Assembly (NCBI GenBank): GCA_038206875.1 | Contig: JBBRAK010000006.1 | Coordinates: forward strand, 253-64,252 | From: Candidatus Saccharimonadales bacterium | GTDB taxonomy: Bacteria > Patescibacteriota > Saccharimonadia > Saccharimonadales > JBBQAJ01 | Length of the DNA: 64,000 nucleotides | Direction: 5' to 3' | Shown: piece by piece, positions 27,404-36,922 of the stretch | Numbering within the stretch: position 1 is the first letter of the stretch | How the letters are laid out: each line of letters starts with the position of its first letter | Program-made: the position numbers and the translations under genes | The notes under the pieces: model-generated | Database searches by the model: none | Told to the model about the DNA's origin: nothing | Seen by the model: the letters and a program-made list of their open reading frames with translations, nothing else

Positions 27404-29478
27404 CGTTTGTTTTTAATTACATCAAGCCCAAACTTCAGCACAACTGTGATTAACTCAGCTAGCCCCATATCTTCATCTGAGCCAAGTTCAATATTAGTTT
27501 GTTTAGCCTTATCTTTTTTGAGCCGATCTTCTTCAAGTTTTTTCACTTCAGCGGCAGATATTATGTACTCAGGATGTTCGTCGTAACCTCGTCTAACAAA
27601 AACAATAAGAATGCCTACCATAGATACCACAGCCAGCCAGTTTATGTTCCAGACAAACGCAAAACCAACCAAAAAAGCGAAACCTGCAATAAAAATCCCA
27701 GCAGAAATATTTTTGGGAGTGTGAATATCTTCAAAAGCAGGTTTTGGGATTGCTGAGTGTTTAATTTCCCAAAAAGCATCCCGAGTTTTTACTTGCGGGA
27801 TAGTAGTGTAATTGTAAAACTGGGGGGGTGAAGCTGTAGACCACTCTAGGGACCGGCCATCCCAAGGGTCTCCAGTCGTGTCACGCAATCGATTTTTTTG
27901 GATAAAACTAGCCAAAATCTGAGCAATCTGCAACGCTACACCAACAGCAATAACTAGCCCCCCAATAAACATCATTATAAACAAAGGTTGCCATCCTGTT
28001 GAAGCATCGTAATGGTCAAGCCTCCTGGATGCCCCCATAAACCCTAAAACATACATTGGTATAAACGACATGCAAAATCCAATCATCCAACACCAAAATG
28101 CATACCTACCTATCCGCTCGTTGAGCTTGATACCAGTAAATTTTGGGAACCAGTACGACAGTGCGCAAAAGATACCGAACAGTACCCCCCCTATGACGGT
28201 TGAGTGAAAATGAGCTACAAGGAACAAACTATTGTGAAGCTGGAAATCGACTGGCGGAACAGCCAACATGACACCACTTATACCACCAATTGCAAAAACG
28301 GCAACAAACCCAAGAAACCATAACATTGGTGTATCGAACCGTATGCGTCCTTTGTGCATTGTGGCAATCCAGTTGAAAACAAGAACAGTTGTTGGGATTG
28401 CAATTAACATTGTCATAGCACCAAAAAAGGCATTTACGTTTGCGCCAGCACCCATTGTAAAAAAGTGATGCAACCACACAGAAAGCGCCAGTGTTGATAC
28501 GCCGATCATACCAAATACAGCCGATTTGTAGCTAGCAATTGGTTTGCGACTAAATGTTGAAACCACCTCAGAAAACACCCCAAAAGCAGGCAAAATTAAC
28601 ACATATACTTCCGGATGCCCCCACATCCAGATGAGATTGGTATACAACATTTGGTTACCCCCACCAAAAGATGTAAAGAAGTTTGCACCCAAATAACGAT
28701 CAAAAAATAGTAAAAATAGCGTTGCGGTCAGTAACGGGAAAACAGTGACCGCCATAATCATGCTACACAGTGAACCCCAGGTAAATAATGGCATTTTCAT
28801 TAGCTTCATCCCTGGCGCACGCATTTTCAAAATAGTCATTATAAAATTTATTGCTCCGAGAGTAGTTCCGATGCCAGAAATTTGTAGGCTCCATATCCAG
28901 TAATCCACCCCAACCCCTGGACTAAATGCCCTTTCAGAAAGCGGAGCAACCGCAAGCCAACCCGTTGCGGCGTATTCTCCACCAAAGAGGAAAAACATGT
29001 TTACCATCACAACACCTGCGACAAATAACCAAAAGCCCAAAGTATTCATAAACGGCGATGCCAAGTCACGCGCTCCAATCTGCAAGGGCACTATGTAATT
29101 TATGAGCCCGAAAACAAAAGCCATAGCAACAAAGAAAACCATAATATTTCCGTGGGCGGTAAAGATTTGTTGGAAGTGATTAGAAGATAAATAGCCATGC
29201 GAAGCGCCTGATGACATTGCTTGCTGGAGCCAGATCATAATTGCATCGAGTCCACCACGCAAGAGCATAAAACCGCCTACGATAAAGTACATAATTCCAA
29301 TTTTTTTTGGATCTACCGAAGTCAGCCACTCATTCCAAAGCCATTTCCACCTTTTCATTCGAGTAATCACTAAAATTGCGGTCAAGGCTAAAGTAATAAA
29401 TGCCAGTGATCCTCCAAGAGTGAACCACTCATGAGGAAGTGCATTCCAGTCTAGTTTGCCAAGTATAAATTCTTTCAT
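27388..29478 (-). CDS. cyoB: quinol oxidase subunit I (heme-copper oxidase)
   Basis: 696 aa with WMWGHPEVYVLILPAFG, WLHHFFTMG and VAHFHSTVIGG. Charged C-terminal extension. TAATG overlap with cyoA. Confidence 0.95.
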   Translation of the reverse strand: MKEFILGKLDWNALPHEWFTLGGSLAFITLALTAILVITRMKRWKWLWNEWLTSVDPKKIGIMYFIVGGFMLLRGGLDAIMIWLQQAMSSGASHGYLSSNHFQQIFTAHGNIMVFFVAMAFVFGLINYIVPLQIGARDLASPFMNTLGFWLFVAGVVMVNMFFLFGGEYAATGWLAVAPLSERAFSPGVGVDYWIWSLQISGIGTTLGAINFIMTILKMRAPGMKLMKMPLFTWGSLCSMIMAVTVFPLLTATLFLLFFDRYLGANFFTSFGGGNQMLYTNLIWMWGHPEVYVLILPAFGVFSEVVSTFSRKPIASYKSAVFGMIGVSTLALSVWLHHFFTMGAGANVNAFFGAMTMLIAIPTTVLVFNWIATMHKGRIRFDTPMLWFLGFVAVFAIGGISGVMLAVPPVDFQLHNSLFLVAHFHSTVIGGVLFGIFCALSYWFPKFTGIKLNERIGRYAFWCWMIGFCMSFIPMYVLGFMGASRRLDHYDASTGWQPLFIMMFIGGLVIAVGVALQIAQILASFIQKNRLRDTTGDPWDGRSLEWSTASPPQFYNYTTIPQVKTRDAFWEIKHSAIPKPAFEDIHTPKNISAGIFIAGFAFLVGFAFVWNINWLAVVSMVGILIVFVRRGYDEHPEYIISAAEVKKLEEDRLKKDKAKQTNIELGSDEDMGLAELITVVLKFGLDVIKNKRWQKW

Positions 29479-30383
29479 TAGTGATGCCCGTGGTCATTTG
29501 ATGACCCTAAATATTTACTTATAACTCTGTCGTAAAGGCTGTTGTCATATGCCGAGTAAAATACGACTGGGTTATATTCGCTTGGTTCTAACAATTTATC
29601 ATAGTTTGCAATATTCAATACTTCAGTTGATTGCCTCACATCTTGCACCCAAAGATCAAACTTTTCTGAACTACTAACACGTGTGGTAAATTTCATCCCC
29701 GCAAAACCGGAACCATTTATTTCGGGTGTACTACCCGGATAATCGCCGATAGTTTGAGAAATCAGGTTTAGCCTATTCACATGGCTTGTCATCGAATATA
29801 ATTGACCGCCAAGATTTGGTATCCAAAAAGAGCTCATGGGAGCTTCATCAGCAGTTAGCTCAAAAACTACGGGTGTGTCGACAGGTATTTGGACAAAGTT
29901 TACAGTAGCAATATTTTGCTCAGGATATATAAACAACCACTTCCAGCGCATAGATATAACTTGAATTACAATCGGCTTGGCATCTGATGCAATCGCTCGC
30001 TGAGGGATTAGTCTATGAGTAGCAGTCCACATAACAACACCAAGACCAAATATAATTACTGTTGGCAGACTCCACATAAATGAAACTAAATATTTACTTC
30101 GCGAGGTCTCTGATGTGTGCTTTAGTTTGGTGTTTGATTCCCTATATTTCCATGCCGTAAAATATACAATAAAAAGTGTTGGGACTGCTATTGCGAAAAG
30201 GATGACGAAGATAACCATCATCAAATGGAGCTGTTGTTGTGCTATTGCGCCCTTGGGGTTAAATAACGCAATGTTTTTCCCCAAAACAAAATATCTAATC
30301 AGTAAAAACAAGTCCGTCAGTGCCATAAATATCAACAGAGCTAGCCATCCTGAATGGAGCTTTTTTTTGCGTATTTTTACCAT
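29478..30383 (-). CDS. cyoA: quinol oxidase subunit II (no CuA site visible)
   Basis: 301 aa with two N-terminal TM helices and a cupredoxin domain. I see no CxExC/H CuA motif, which is consistent with a quinol-type rather than a cytochrome c-type oxidase. Confidence 0.85.
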   Translation of the reverse strand: MVKIRKKKLHSGWLALLIFMALTDLFLLIRYFVLGKNIALFNPKGAIAQQQLHLMMVIFVILFAIAVPTLFIVYFTAWKYRESNTKLKHTSETSRSKYLVSFMWSLPTVIIFGLGVVMWTATHRLIPQRAIASDAKPIVIQVISMRWKWLFIYPEQNIATVNFVQIPVDTPVVFELTADEAPMSSFWIPNLGGQLYSMTSHVNRLNLISQTIGDYPGSTPEINGSGFAGMKFTTRVSSSEKFDLWVQDVRQSTEVLNIANYDKLLEPSEYNPVVFYSAYDNSLYDRVISKYLGSSNDHGHH

Positions 30384-30564
30384 GAAAAATAATCTTTCAC
30401 AGAATAACCATAATCATCATATTTACTATAACATGACCCTCACCAGCCTTGTACAGATATGGGGTCAGCTTCTAAAAGCAAGAATTGTAAAATGCTCACG
30501 TACTATCAAGAGCGCAGAGGTAACAAGCTGATTGACATAAGCGTAAGCGACGTGGTTGACTTAA

Positions 30565-31146
30565 GTGGTAATGGCTAAACCAAAATCAATTACTTTTGTT
30601 GATTGGTTACAAACTGGGCTTATTCGGACATGCCGAGTGCACTTTGTTTTTGTAGCTGTGTATATTGTTTATATTATAGCGTCAGATGCCACCAAGCTAA
30701 TCCAGCCGGATGTGGTTTTGCGCAGATGGACAATGAACGTACTACTTTTAATCGGGGTAGTGTCCGTTTGGTATTTTGCCAGAAGCAATGTACGGAAAAG
30801 CTCCTATTACCGCTTGTTATTTTCAATCATCATATCTCTTGATATAGCCGTAGCAACATTCAATATATACACCCAAAGAGGCATGGCTAGTAGAGCTGTG
30901 ATTCTATACTGTATCCCTATCTTAGTTTCAGCCTTACTTTTGAGCCGTACTGCAGTTTTCCTAACAGCAACTTTGTGTGCTGCAGCATATTCTCTGGCAG
31001 CAGTAAAATATTTCGTTGATTATTTCAACGAAGGCTATAAAGCCGAATTGTACATAGAAGTAGCTTTTTATGTAGCGATATTTTTTATATTGGCCGGGAT
31101 ATTATCCATTTTGATCCGGTTCAACAAAAGCGAAGTTCATCTGTAA
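30565..31146 (+). CDS. hypothetical 5-TM membrane protein between cyoA and cyoE
   Basis: 193-aa ORF (GTG at 30565, ATG at 30571) with five hydrophobic segments. No motif recognised. Confidence 0.5.
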   Translation: MVMAKPKSITFVDWLQTGLIRTCRVHFVFVAVYIVYIIASDATKLIQPDVVLRRWTMNVLLLIGVVSVWYFARSNVRKSSYYRLLFSIIISLDIAVATFNIYTQRGMASRAVILYCIPILVSALLLSRTAVFLTATLCAAAYSLAAVKYFVDYFNEGYKAELYIEVAFYVAIFFILAGILSILIRFNKSEVHL

Positions 31147-31252
31147 ATTCAGCCCAGTTGATGATATAGTTGTATCCATTGACTAAGGGGTTGAAAAGAT
31201 AATTTTAAGCGCCACAATTAAAAGATATTTTTCTCTTACAAAACCGGGCGTA

Positions 31253-32071
31253 TTGTTTGCAAATGCGATTACAGCTGGAGCCGGATTTTTGTTTGCAAGT
31301 AAAGGTGAAATTGACTATTGGCTACTGCTTGCACTTTTTTTGGGGTCTAGTTTAATTATAGCTTCAGCCTGTGTTTTAAATAATTTTTTGGACCAAGACA
31401 TAGATTCAAAAATGGTTCGCACCAAAAATCGCGCTATGGTAAAAAAATCTATTCCTAATGTTAACGCGGTGATTTTTTCTGCGACGCTGGGGATATTGGG
31501 CCTAGTAACTCTTGTATTTTATACAAACAATCTGGTAGTTTTGCTTGGGATTATTGGGTTCGTTGACTACGTCGTACTATACGGTATGTTTTCCAAGAGA
31601 CTATCTTGGCACGGAACACTGGTCGGAAGTATTTCTGGGGCTGTGCCAATAATATCTGGATATGTTGCTGTGACTGGCCGAATAGATATTGTTTCAATGC
31701 TATTGTTTGTAGTGCTGTTTTTTTGGCAAATGCCAGAGTTTTATTCGATTGCAGTTTATCGAAAAAATGAGTACAAATCCGCAAATATTCCAGTTATTTC
31801 AGTTGTCAAAGGGATACCCTACACCCAAAAACTCATAGTTGTTTATACAATCCTATTTGTAGTAGCTACGCTTTTGATTCCAGTTTTTGGAAAGACGAGT
31901 ATTTTATACGCTTTTGTTATGTCAATTCTCGGACTACGCTGGATAGTGCTTGGCTGGGCATCTTTTAGCTCATCACAAGTAGATGATTGGGCAAAAGCAA
32001 TGTTTCGATTTTCGTTATATATTTTGCTTGTTTTTAGTTTACTGATTTCGGTTGACGCTTGGCTACCATAA
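31253..32071 (+). CDS. cyoE: protoheme IX farnesyltransferase (heme O synthase); true start probably upstream
   Basis: UbiA-family pattern NNFLDQDIDSKMVRTKNRA. The track start is a TTG at 31253. The same frame is open back to 31187 and encodes IKRYFSLTKPGV, the conserved CyoE N-terminal block, with no ATG, GTG or TTG in between. Confidence 0.85.
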   Translation: MFANAITAGAGFLFASKGEIDYWLLLALFLGSSLIIASACVLNNFLDQDIDSKMVRTKNRAMVKKSIPNVNAVIFSATLGILGLVTLVFYTNNLVVLLGIIGFVDYVVLYGMFSKRLSWHGTLVGSISGAVPIISGYVAVTGRIDIVSMLLFVVLFFWQMPEFYSIAVYRKNEYKSANIPVISVVKGIPYTQKLIVVYTILFVVATLLIPVFGKTSILYAFVMSILGLRWIVLGWASFSSSQVDDWAKAMFRFSLYILLVFSLLISVDAWLP

Positions 32072-32074
32072 ATA

Positions 32075-32228
32075 GGTCTTTCGTACATCGGCGTTGATAA
32101 CAGGATGCAGATAGTTGAAGCGAAAACTGTCTAGCTTATGGAGGGGTAACTGTAGCTACATTGAGATGAGATAGACAGTTTGTAGCCAGCTATCTGTGGT
32201 CTGTTGCTACGGTGATGTGCGAAAGTCC
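32075..32228 (+). ncRNA. candidate structured RNA: 154-nt long imperfect hairpin (6S-like architecture, unclassified)
   Basis: Hand-paired stems are 32075-32089 with 32214-32228 (14 of 15 pairs, one G:U), CAGATAG/CTATCTG, and AACTGTCTA/TAGACAGTT, enclosing a 38-nt apex. Three G:U pairs occur on the plus strand and would be A:C on the minus strand. Non-coding spacer between cyoE and a small membrane-protein gene. Confidence 0.45.
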
Positions 32229-32253
32229 TATAATTTAGTGTTATAATCTTGTT

Positions 32254-32514
32254 ATGGTTTTAGCTACACATATCATAATTGCGCTAACAAGTTTGATTTA
32301 TACTACGCTCATATATATTTCACCTTCAAAATCCCGACTGAATATTGCATACACTTTGATGGCCTCAACTCTCTTAAGCGGTACATACTTGGTTGTAAGC
32401 ACTGGATCGCCGTTAATTAGCGCGTGTATTTCTGGACTAGCATATACTTCGGTCGTTTCGATTGGCCTGGTTGCAACGCGCAAAAAGCTAGCTACTGCTT
32501 CTAGCCAACTATAG
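32254..32514 (+). CDS. small hypothetical 3-TM membrane protein
   Basis: 86-aa hydrophobic ORF downstream of the candidate RNA. No motif recognised. Confidence 0.45.
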   Translation: MVLATHIIIALTSLIYTTLIYISPSKSRLNIAYTLMASTLLSGTYLVVSTGSPLISACISGLAYTSVVSIGLVATRKKLATASSQL

Positions 32515-32515
32515 T

Positions 32516-34174
32516 TTAAAAATGTTCTCTTATGTGACTGATGCTGAAGTCCCAGTTTGCGTCGGTTTTTTTGTGTGGATTAAAAATGTTGTCCGGATCA
32601 AAGATGTTTTTCAGCTTTTTGAAAATTAACATCATGTCCGTGCCGTACATCTGTTTCAACCAAGGACCGCGGATCATACCGTCGTTATGCTCCCCACTCA
32701 AACTGCCGCCATATTTTAAAACCAAAGCATTTACTTCACGCATACAAGGCTCTAGTTTCTTGCGCTCAGATTGAAGCTCAATATTCATAAGTGGGATTAC
32801 ATGGAAGTTGCCGTCTCCCATGTGCCCTGCAACAGTCGCCAATAGTTTATATTTGTTAATAATAACTCGAAGTTCTGGCAAGAATTTCGGCAGATTTTTA
32901 GGAGGAACTACTAAATCATCAATGAATGGGGCGGTGTGTTTGTCTTTGACTTTATTTCTAAGAAGGTTGAAACTTTCCCTTCGCATGATCCAAAATTTTT
33001 TAGCTTTTTGTTCTGTTTCATCTTCTTCGTATGATTCTTTGCTGTCAAATGGGTGCAAATCAAGCATAAGATTGTGAACTTTTTCCGCAACCCCCTCAGG
33101 TGTATCGCTATTAAATTCCACAAGTAGTACCATCTTTGGCACACCCCTGAACAACATGAGAGCGTCTGGAATTAATTGAAAAGCAAGTTTTATCATACCC
33201 CACCATCCTAGCGTTTTGTGAAAAAAGAAGAACAGCTTGAGACTAAGGATTAGCGTATAATTATCAAAGCCTTCGAAAGTTGCTGGTTTATGTTCAAGCA
33301 CGTTATTAATAATTTCACCCAACTGGCTTAAGTCACGTAAAAATACAACTAACGTTCCAGAGTGCTTTGGTGCTGGAACAAGCCTGAAGTGTATGTCAGT
33401 TATCATTCCGAGCGTTCCCTGAGAACCAATTATGATTTGGTTTAGGTCAAATATTCCGGTTTCGCGGTCCCATACGTTCCATAAGTGGTATGCCGTGGAA
33501 TCTTTGGACACGTTTGGTTTGGCTTCTTTTATTACCTCATAGTTTGACTCTATTAGTTCATAAACTTGTTTATACAAATTACCCTCATAATCATTTTGGG
33601 CTATCTTGTTATCCAACTCTACTTTGTTAAGAGGCTTTACAGAATACTCATTTCCGTCTGCAAAAACCACACTAAGTTCAGTCACAAATTTTTCTGTTTT
33701 GCCAAATTCTAACGATTTTTCACCGCCGGAATTGTTAGCTACCATTCCACCAATTGTGCATAAATCTCTAGAGGCCGGATAGCTCGGCATTAGCGCTTGA
33801 TTTTTGAGTGTTTCAGTTTCAAAATCTCTATAAAAAACTCCGGGCTGTGCATGAGCTGAGCGAGAATCTACTTGAATTATTTTGTTAAAATGCTTCGTCA
33901 TATCCATAATTACAGATTGATTAATGGCTCCCCCACTCATGTCAGTCCCCGCTGAACGGGCCGTAATAGAAACTTGCTGATTATGTTCGTTCTTGCTTTT
34001 GCGAACGTAATTTACGGCTTTTTGAACATCCGCGCTGTCTTGTGGGTATATCACCACCTGGGGCATGAGCTCAAACATACTTGCGTCATGACTATACAAG
34101 TCTCTTGTGGTAACAGTGTCGTCGATTTCACCAACAAACCCAGCTTCTTTTAAAGCTTTTTTGTGATTATCCAT
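32516..34174 (-). CDS. FAD-linked oxidase (GlcD / D-lactate dehydrogenase-like)
   Basis: 552 aa. N-terminal FAD-binding PCMH-type region (ITARSAGTDMSGGAIN, TIGGMVANNSGG) and C-terminal GGSLSGEHNDGMIRG. Confidence 0.8.
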   Translation of the reverse strand: MDNHKKALKEAGFVGEIDDTVTTRDLYSHDASMFELMPQVVIYPQDSADVQKAVNYVRKSKNEHNQQVSITARSAGTDMSGGAINQSVIMDMTKHFNKIIQVDSRSAHAQPGVFYRDFETETLKNQALMPSYPASRDLCTIGGMVANNSGGEKSLEFGKTEKFVTELSVVFADGNEYSVKPLNKVELDNKIAQNDYEGNLYKQVYELIESNYEVIKEAKPNVSKDSTAYHLWNVWDRETGIFDLNQIIIGSQGTLGMITDIHFRLVPAPKHSGTLVVFLRDLSQLGEIINNVLEHKPATFEGFDNYTLILSLKLFFFFHKTLGWWGMIKLAFQLIPDALMLFRGVPKMVLLVEFNSDTPEGVAEKVHNLMLDLHPFDSKESYEEDETEQKAKKFWIMRRESFNLLRNKVKDKHTAPFIDDLVVPPKNLPKFLPELRVIINKYKLLATVAGHMGDGNFHVIPLMNIELQSERKKLEPCMREVNALVLKYGGSLSGEHNDGMIRGPWLKQMYGTDMMLIFKKLKNIFDPDNIFNPHKKTDANWDFSISHIREHF

Positions 34175-34255
34175 ATTGCCCTAGCTTAACATAAGTCATA
34201 AGCGTTATGATACAATCAGTCTTAGATAACTTAAGGCACGTAAAACAGATATAAT

Positions 34256-35446
34256 ATGAAAAAACTCAGAGTAGTAATTGTCGGAGGAGGATTTGGTGGA
34301 ATCAAAACTGCTCTAGAACTAGCCGATGATGCTCGGTTTCATGTAACTCTTATATCTGATCATACTAGCTTTCGCTACTATCCAACCCTGTACAGAACAG
34401 CAACGGGTGGCAGGAAAATTATTTCCTCGATTCCGCTCGAAGAAATATTTTCGGGAAAAAATGTGCATATTTTGATTGACCGTGCAGTCGGACTGGACAG
34501 AAAATCGCGTACGTTAAAAACAAAAATTGGACATATAGTTGGCTATGAAGCTTTGGTACTTGCTATTGGAACGTACACAAACTACTTTGGTATTCAAGGG
34601 CTCAAAGAACTTTCATTTGGCATAAAAACTAACGCAGATGCTCAGGAATTAAAAGCACATCTGCACAAACAACTTATCGAAAAACATGAGCCAGATTTGA
34701 ATTATGTGGTCGTTGGAGGCGGTCCTTCTGGAATTGAGCTAGCTGGCGTATTGCCTGCCTATCTAAAGCAAATTGCTCGAAAGCACCGACTAAAAAAACA
34801 GAAAATTCATGTGGACTTGGTGGAAGCAGCGCCACGATTGGTGCCGCGAATGCCTAAAGATGTTTCCAGACGAATTACCCGTCAACTGCGTAAACTAGGA
34901 GTTAGGATTTACCTCAATACAGCCGTGCAAGCTCAAACGGCTGACACTTTACTAATCAACAACAAATCGATAAGAAGTCACACAGTAATCTGGACAGCCG
35001 GAGTATCGAACAACAATTTTTTTGATAATCAAAAATTCCAACTCGCTAAAAATGGCAAAGTGCGTGTTGATCAATTTCTGCAGAGTGAAATTGGAATCTA
35101 TGTGATTGGTGACAATGCAGACACCCCATATAGCGGCATGGCACAGACCGCACTGTACGATGGCAAATTTGTTGCGGCCAATTTGAAACTTCTGGCTAAT
35201 CATGAGTCACCGAAGCCTTATTCCGCCAAAAAGCCTGTTTATGTTTTTCCAGCTGGTCATAAATGGGCTGCAGTGTTGTGGGGCAAAGTTCGATTATATG
35301 GAAAAAAGGGATGGATTTTACGTTCTTTGGCAGATTTATTAGCGTATCATGACTATGAACCTTGGAAGATAGCTACTCGACGATGGGCAGCTGAGAATGA
35401 CAACGAAGAAGTATGTACTTTTTGTTCCGACAACCTAAATCAATAA
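34256..35446 (+). CDS. ndh: type II NADH dehydrogenase (NDH-2)-like FAD/NAD(P) oxidoreductase
   Basis: 396 aa with two Rossmann motifs, VVIVGGGFGGIKTA and VVVGGGPSGIELAG, and IYVIGDNA. Confidence 0.8.
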   Translation: MKKLRVVIVGGGFGGIKTALELADDARFHVTLISDHTSFRYYPTLYRTATGGRKIISSIPLEEIFSGKNVHILIDRAVGLDRKSRTLKTKIGHIVGYEALVLAIGTYTNYFGIQGLKELSFGIKTNADAQELKAHLHKQLIEKHEPDLNYVVVGGGPSGIELAGVLPAYLKQIARKHRLKKQKIHVDLVEAAPRLVPRMPKDVSRRITRQLRKLGVRIYLNTAVQAQTADTLLINNKSIRSHTVIWTAGVSNNNFFDNQKFQLAKNGKVRVDQFLQSEIGIYVIGDNADTPYSGMAQTALYDGKFVAANLKLLANHESPKPYSAKKPVYVFPAGHKWAAVLWGKVRLYGKKGWILRSLADLLAYHDYEPWKIATRRWAAENDNEEVCTFCSDNLNQ

Positions 35447-35476
35447 CAAATTTTTTGTTCTTGCTTGTTGCCTGAG

Positions 35477-36121
35477 TTATTGGCTTTCACGCCACTTGGA
35501 TATTTTGCCGTGATTGCCAGATAATAACACTTCTGGCACCTTTAGGCCTTTGAAATTTTCGGGACGGGTGTATTGTGGAAATTCGATTGTTTTGTCGTCC
35601 AGTTGAAATGACTCGATTTCAACTGAGCTTTCTCCACCTAAAACACCTGGGATTAACCGTATTACACTGTCAATAATTGCCAAGGCGGGTATTTCTCCGC
35701 CGGTAAGTACATAATTTCCTAAGCAATATTGCCTATCTACCCACTTTGTAATTCGCTCATCGTATCCTTCATATCTAGGGCATACAAATATTAAATCCGT
35801 GCATCTCTCAGCTAAATCTTTGGCATCGGACTGCTTATAAAGTTTTCCTCTGGGTGTCGGTAATATGACCTGATATTTGTTACTTGAGGTTTGTGACTTG
35901 GCGAATTCTATCGCGTCAACAATTGGCTCTGGCTTGAGTAACATTCCGTCTCCGCCTCCGTACGGAGTGTCGTCTACATTTTTTCGTTTTCCAAGACCAA
36001 AATCGCGCAGGTTTATGTAGTGATACTCTGCGATTCCTTTGTCTTTTGCCTTCCAGAGCATGCTTGTTTCTAAAACTGGATGGAACATCTCTGGGAAAAG
36101 TGAAATTATTTGAATTTTCAT
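35477..36121 (-). CDS. trmD: tRNA (guanine37-N1)-methyltransferase
   Basis: 214 aa. MKIQIISLFPEMF, DDTPYGGGDGMLLKPEP and GYDERI are typical TrmD blocks. Confidence 0.95.
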   Translation of the reverse strand: MKIQIISLFPEMFHPVLETSMLWKAKDKGIAEYHYINLRDFGLGKRKNVDDTPYGGGDGMLLKPEPIVDAIEFAKSQTSSNKYQVILPTPRGKLYKQSDAKDLAERCTDLIFVCPRYEGYDERITKWVDRQYCLGNYVLTGGEIPALAIIDSVIRLIPGVLGGESSVEIESFQLDDKTIEFPQYTRPENFKGLKVPEVLLSGNHGKISKWRESQ

Positions 36122-36179
36122 AGTTATTTAATACATTATACCATATTTGTCAATACTATTCAACTTTCGTCAGATATAG

Positions 36180-36200
36180 AAAAATCCGCTAAGTGGCGGA
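36180..36200 (-). terminator. rho-independent terminator downstream of the KH-domain gene
   Basis: The minus strand reads TCCGC-CACTTA-GCGGA followed by TTTTT. A TGGTATAAT extended -10 for trmD follows at 36135-36143. Confidence 0.5.
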
Positions 36201-36331
36201 CTTCGCTATCACATAAAGCTCACAACTTGCGTTGTCTCGCAGAGCTAATTGTTTTTTGTTTGAAAAGTTCGTTTGTCTTTCGACTGACATAATTATAGTT
36301 GAACTGAATAAGGGAATCAACCTTTTATGTC

Positions 36332-36850
36332 TCAGATGTCTAGGTCGTCGAGGTCTGCAAGCTCAGCCCGTGTTTTGCTAACCGCATCACTATGGTCTGG
36401 TTCTTTTTCCTGAGACAAATTAGTTTTGTCTTCTGCAACGTCGTCACTGGTTGCTTTAGGCTCGGTAGGTGAGTCTTCTTTTATTGTTTTGTCGTCTGAG
36501 TCAGAACTAGAATTATCATCACTGGTTGTACTGGTTGTACTGGTTGAATTATCTACTGGACTGTCTGATGATTGGTAGTCTTCTCGTGGAGGGCGTGGTT
36601 CGCCATTGTCAACAATTTTTAGGTTATACCGAGCATCATTTTTGGTTCCTAGCGCACGTAAAAGCGTCCGTAAGCTTTGTGCTGTTGCTCCGCGTTTACC
36701 AATAACACGCCCTAGGTCTTCTGGATTTACTGTAAGTTCCAACAACACACCTTTTTCGTCAATGGTACGTTCTATACTGACATCATCAGGATTGTTGACG
36801 AGCGACTTTACTACAAATTCTATAAATTGTTGGTCTATGCTACTGTTCAT
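36332..36850 (-). CDS. KH domain RNA-binding protein (YlqC/UPF0109-like) with long acidic S/T/D-rich tail
   Basis: 172 aa. The N-terminal 80 aa match the KH fold (GRVIGKRGATAQSLRTLL). The C-terminal ~90 aa are low-complexity (STSTTSTTSDDNSSSDSDD). Confidence 0.85.
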   Translation of the reverse strand: MNSSIDQQFIEFVVKSLVNNPDDVSIERTIDEKGVLLELTVNPEDLGRVIGKRGATAQSLRTLLRALGTKNDARYNLKIVDNGEPRPPREDYQSSDSPVDNSTSTTSTTSDDNSSSDSDDKTIKEDSPTEPKATSDDVAEDKTNLSQEKEPDHSDAVSKTRAELADLDDLDI

Positions 36851-36922
36851 TGGAAACTCCTACAGTTTTAGTCTTATGGTCACCACTTAGTATATAGGTT
36901 TCTTTGGTTTTTTCTAAATTTT

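Noticed and set aside
27129-27756. Plus-strand ORFs of 60-100 aa inside cyoC/cyoB. Similar antisense ORFs occur inside leuS, ligA, typA, the FAD oxidase and the Mur ligase.
   Set aside because: They lie fully inside long, motif-validated genes on the other strand. They have low-complexity or odd composition and no SD. I treat them as shadow ORFs.
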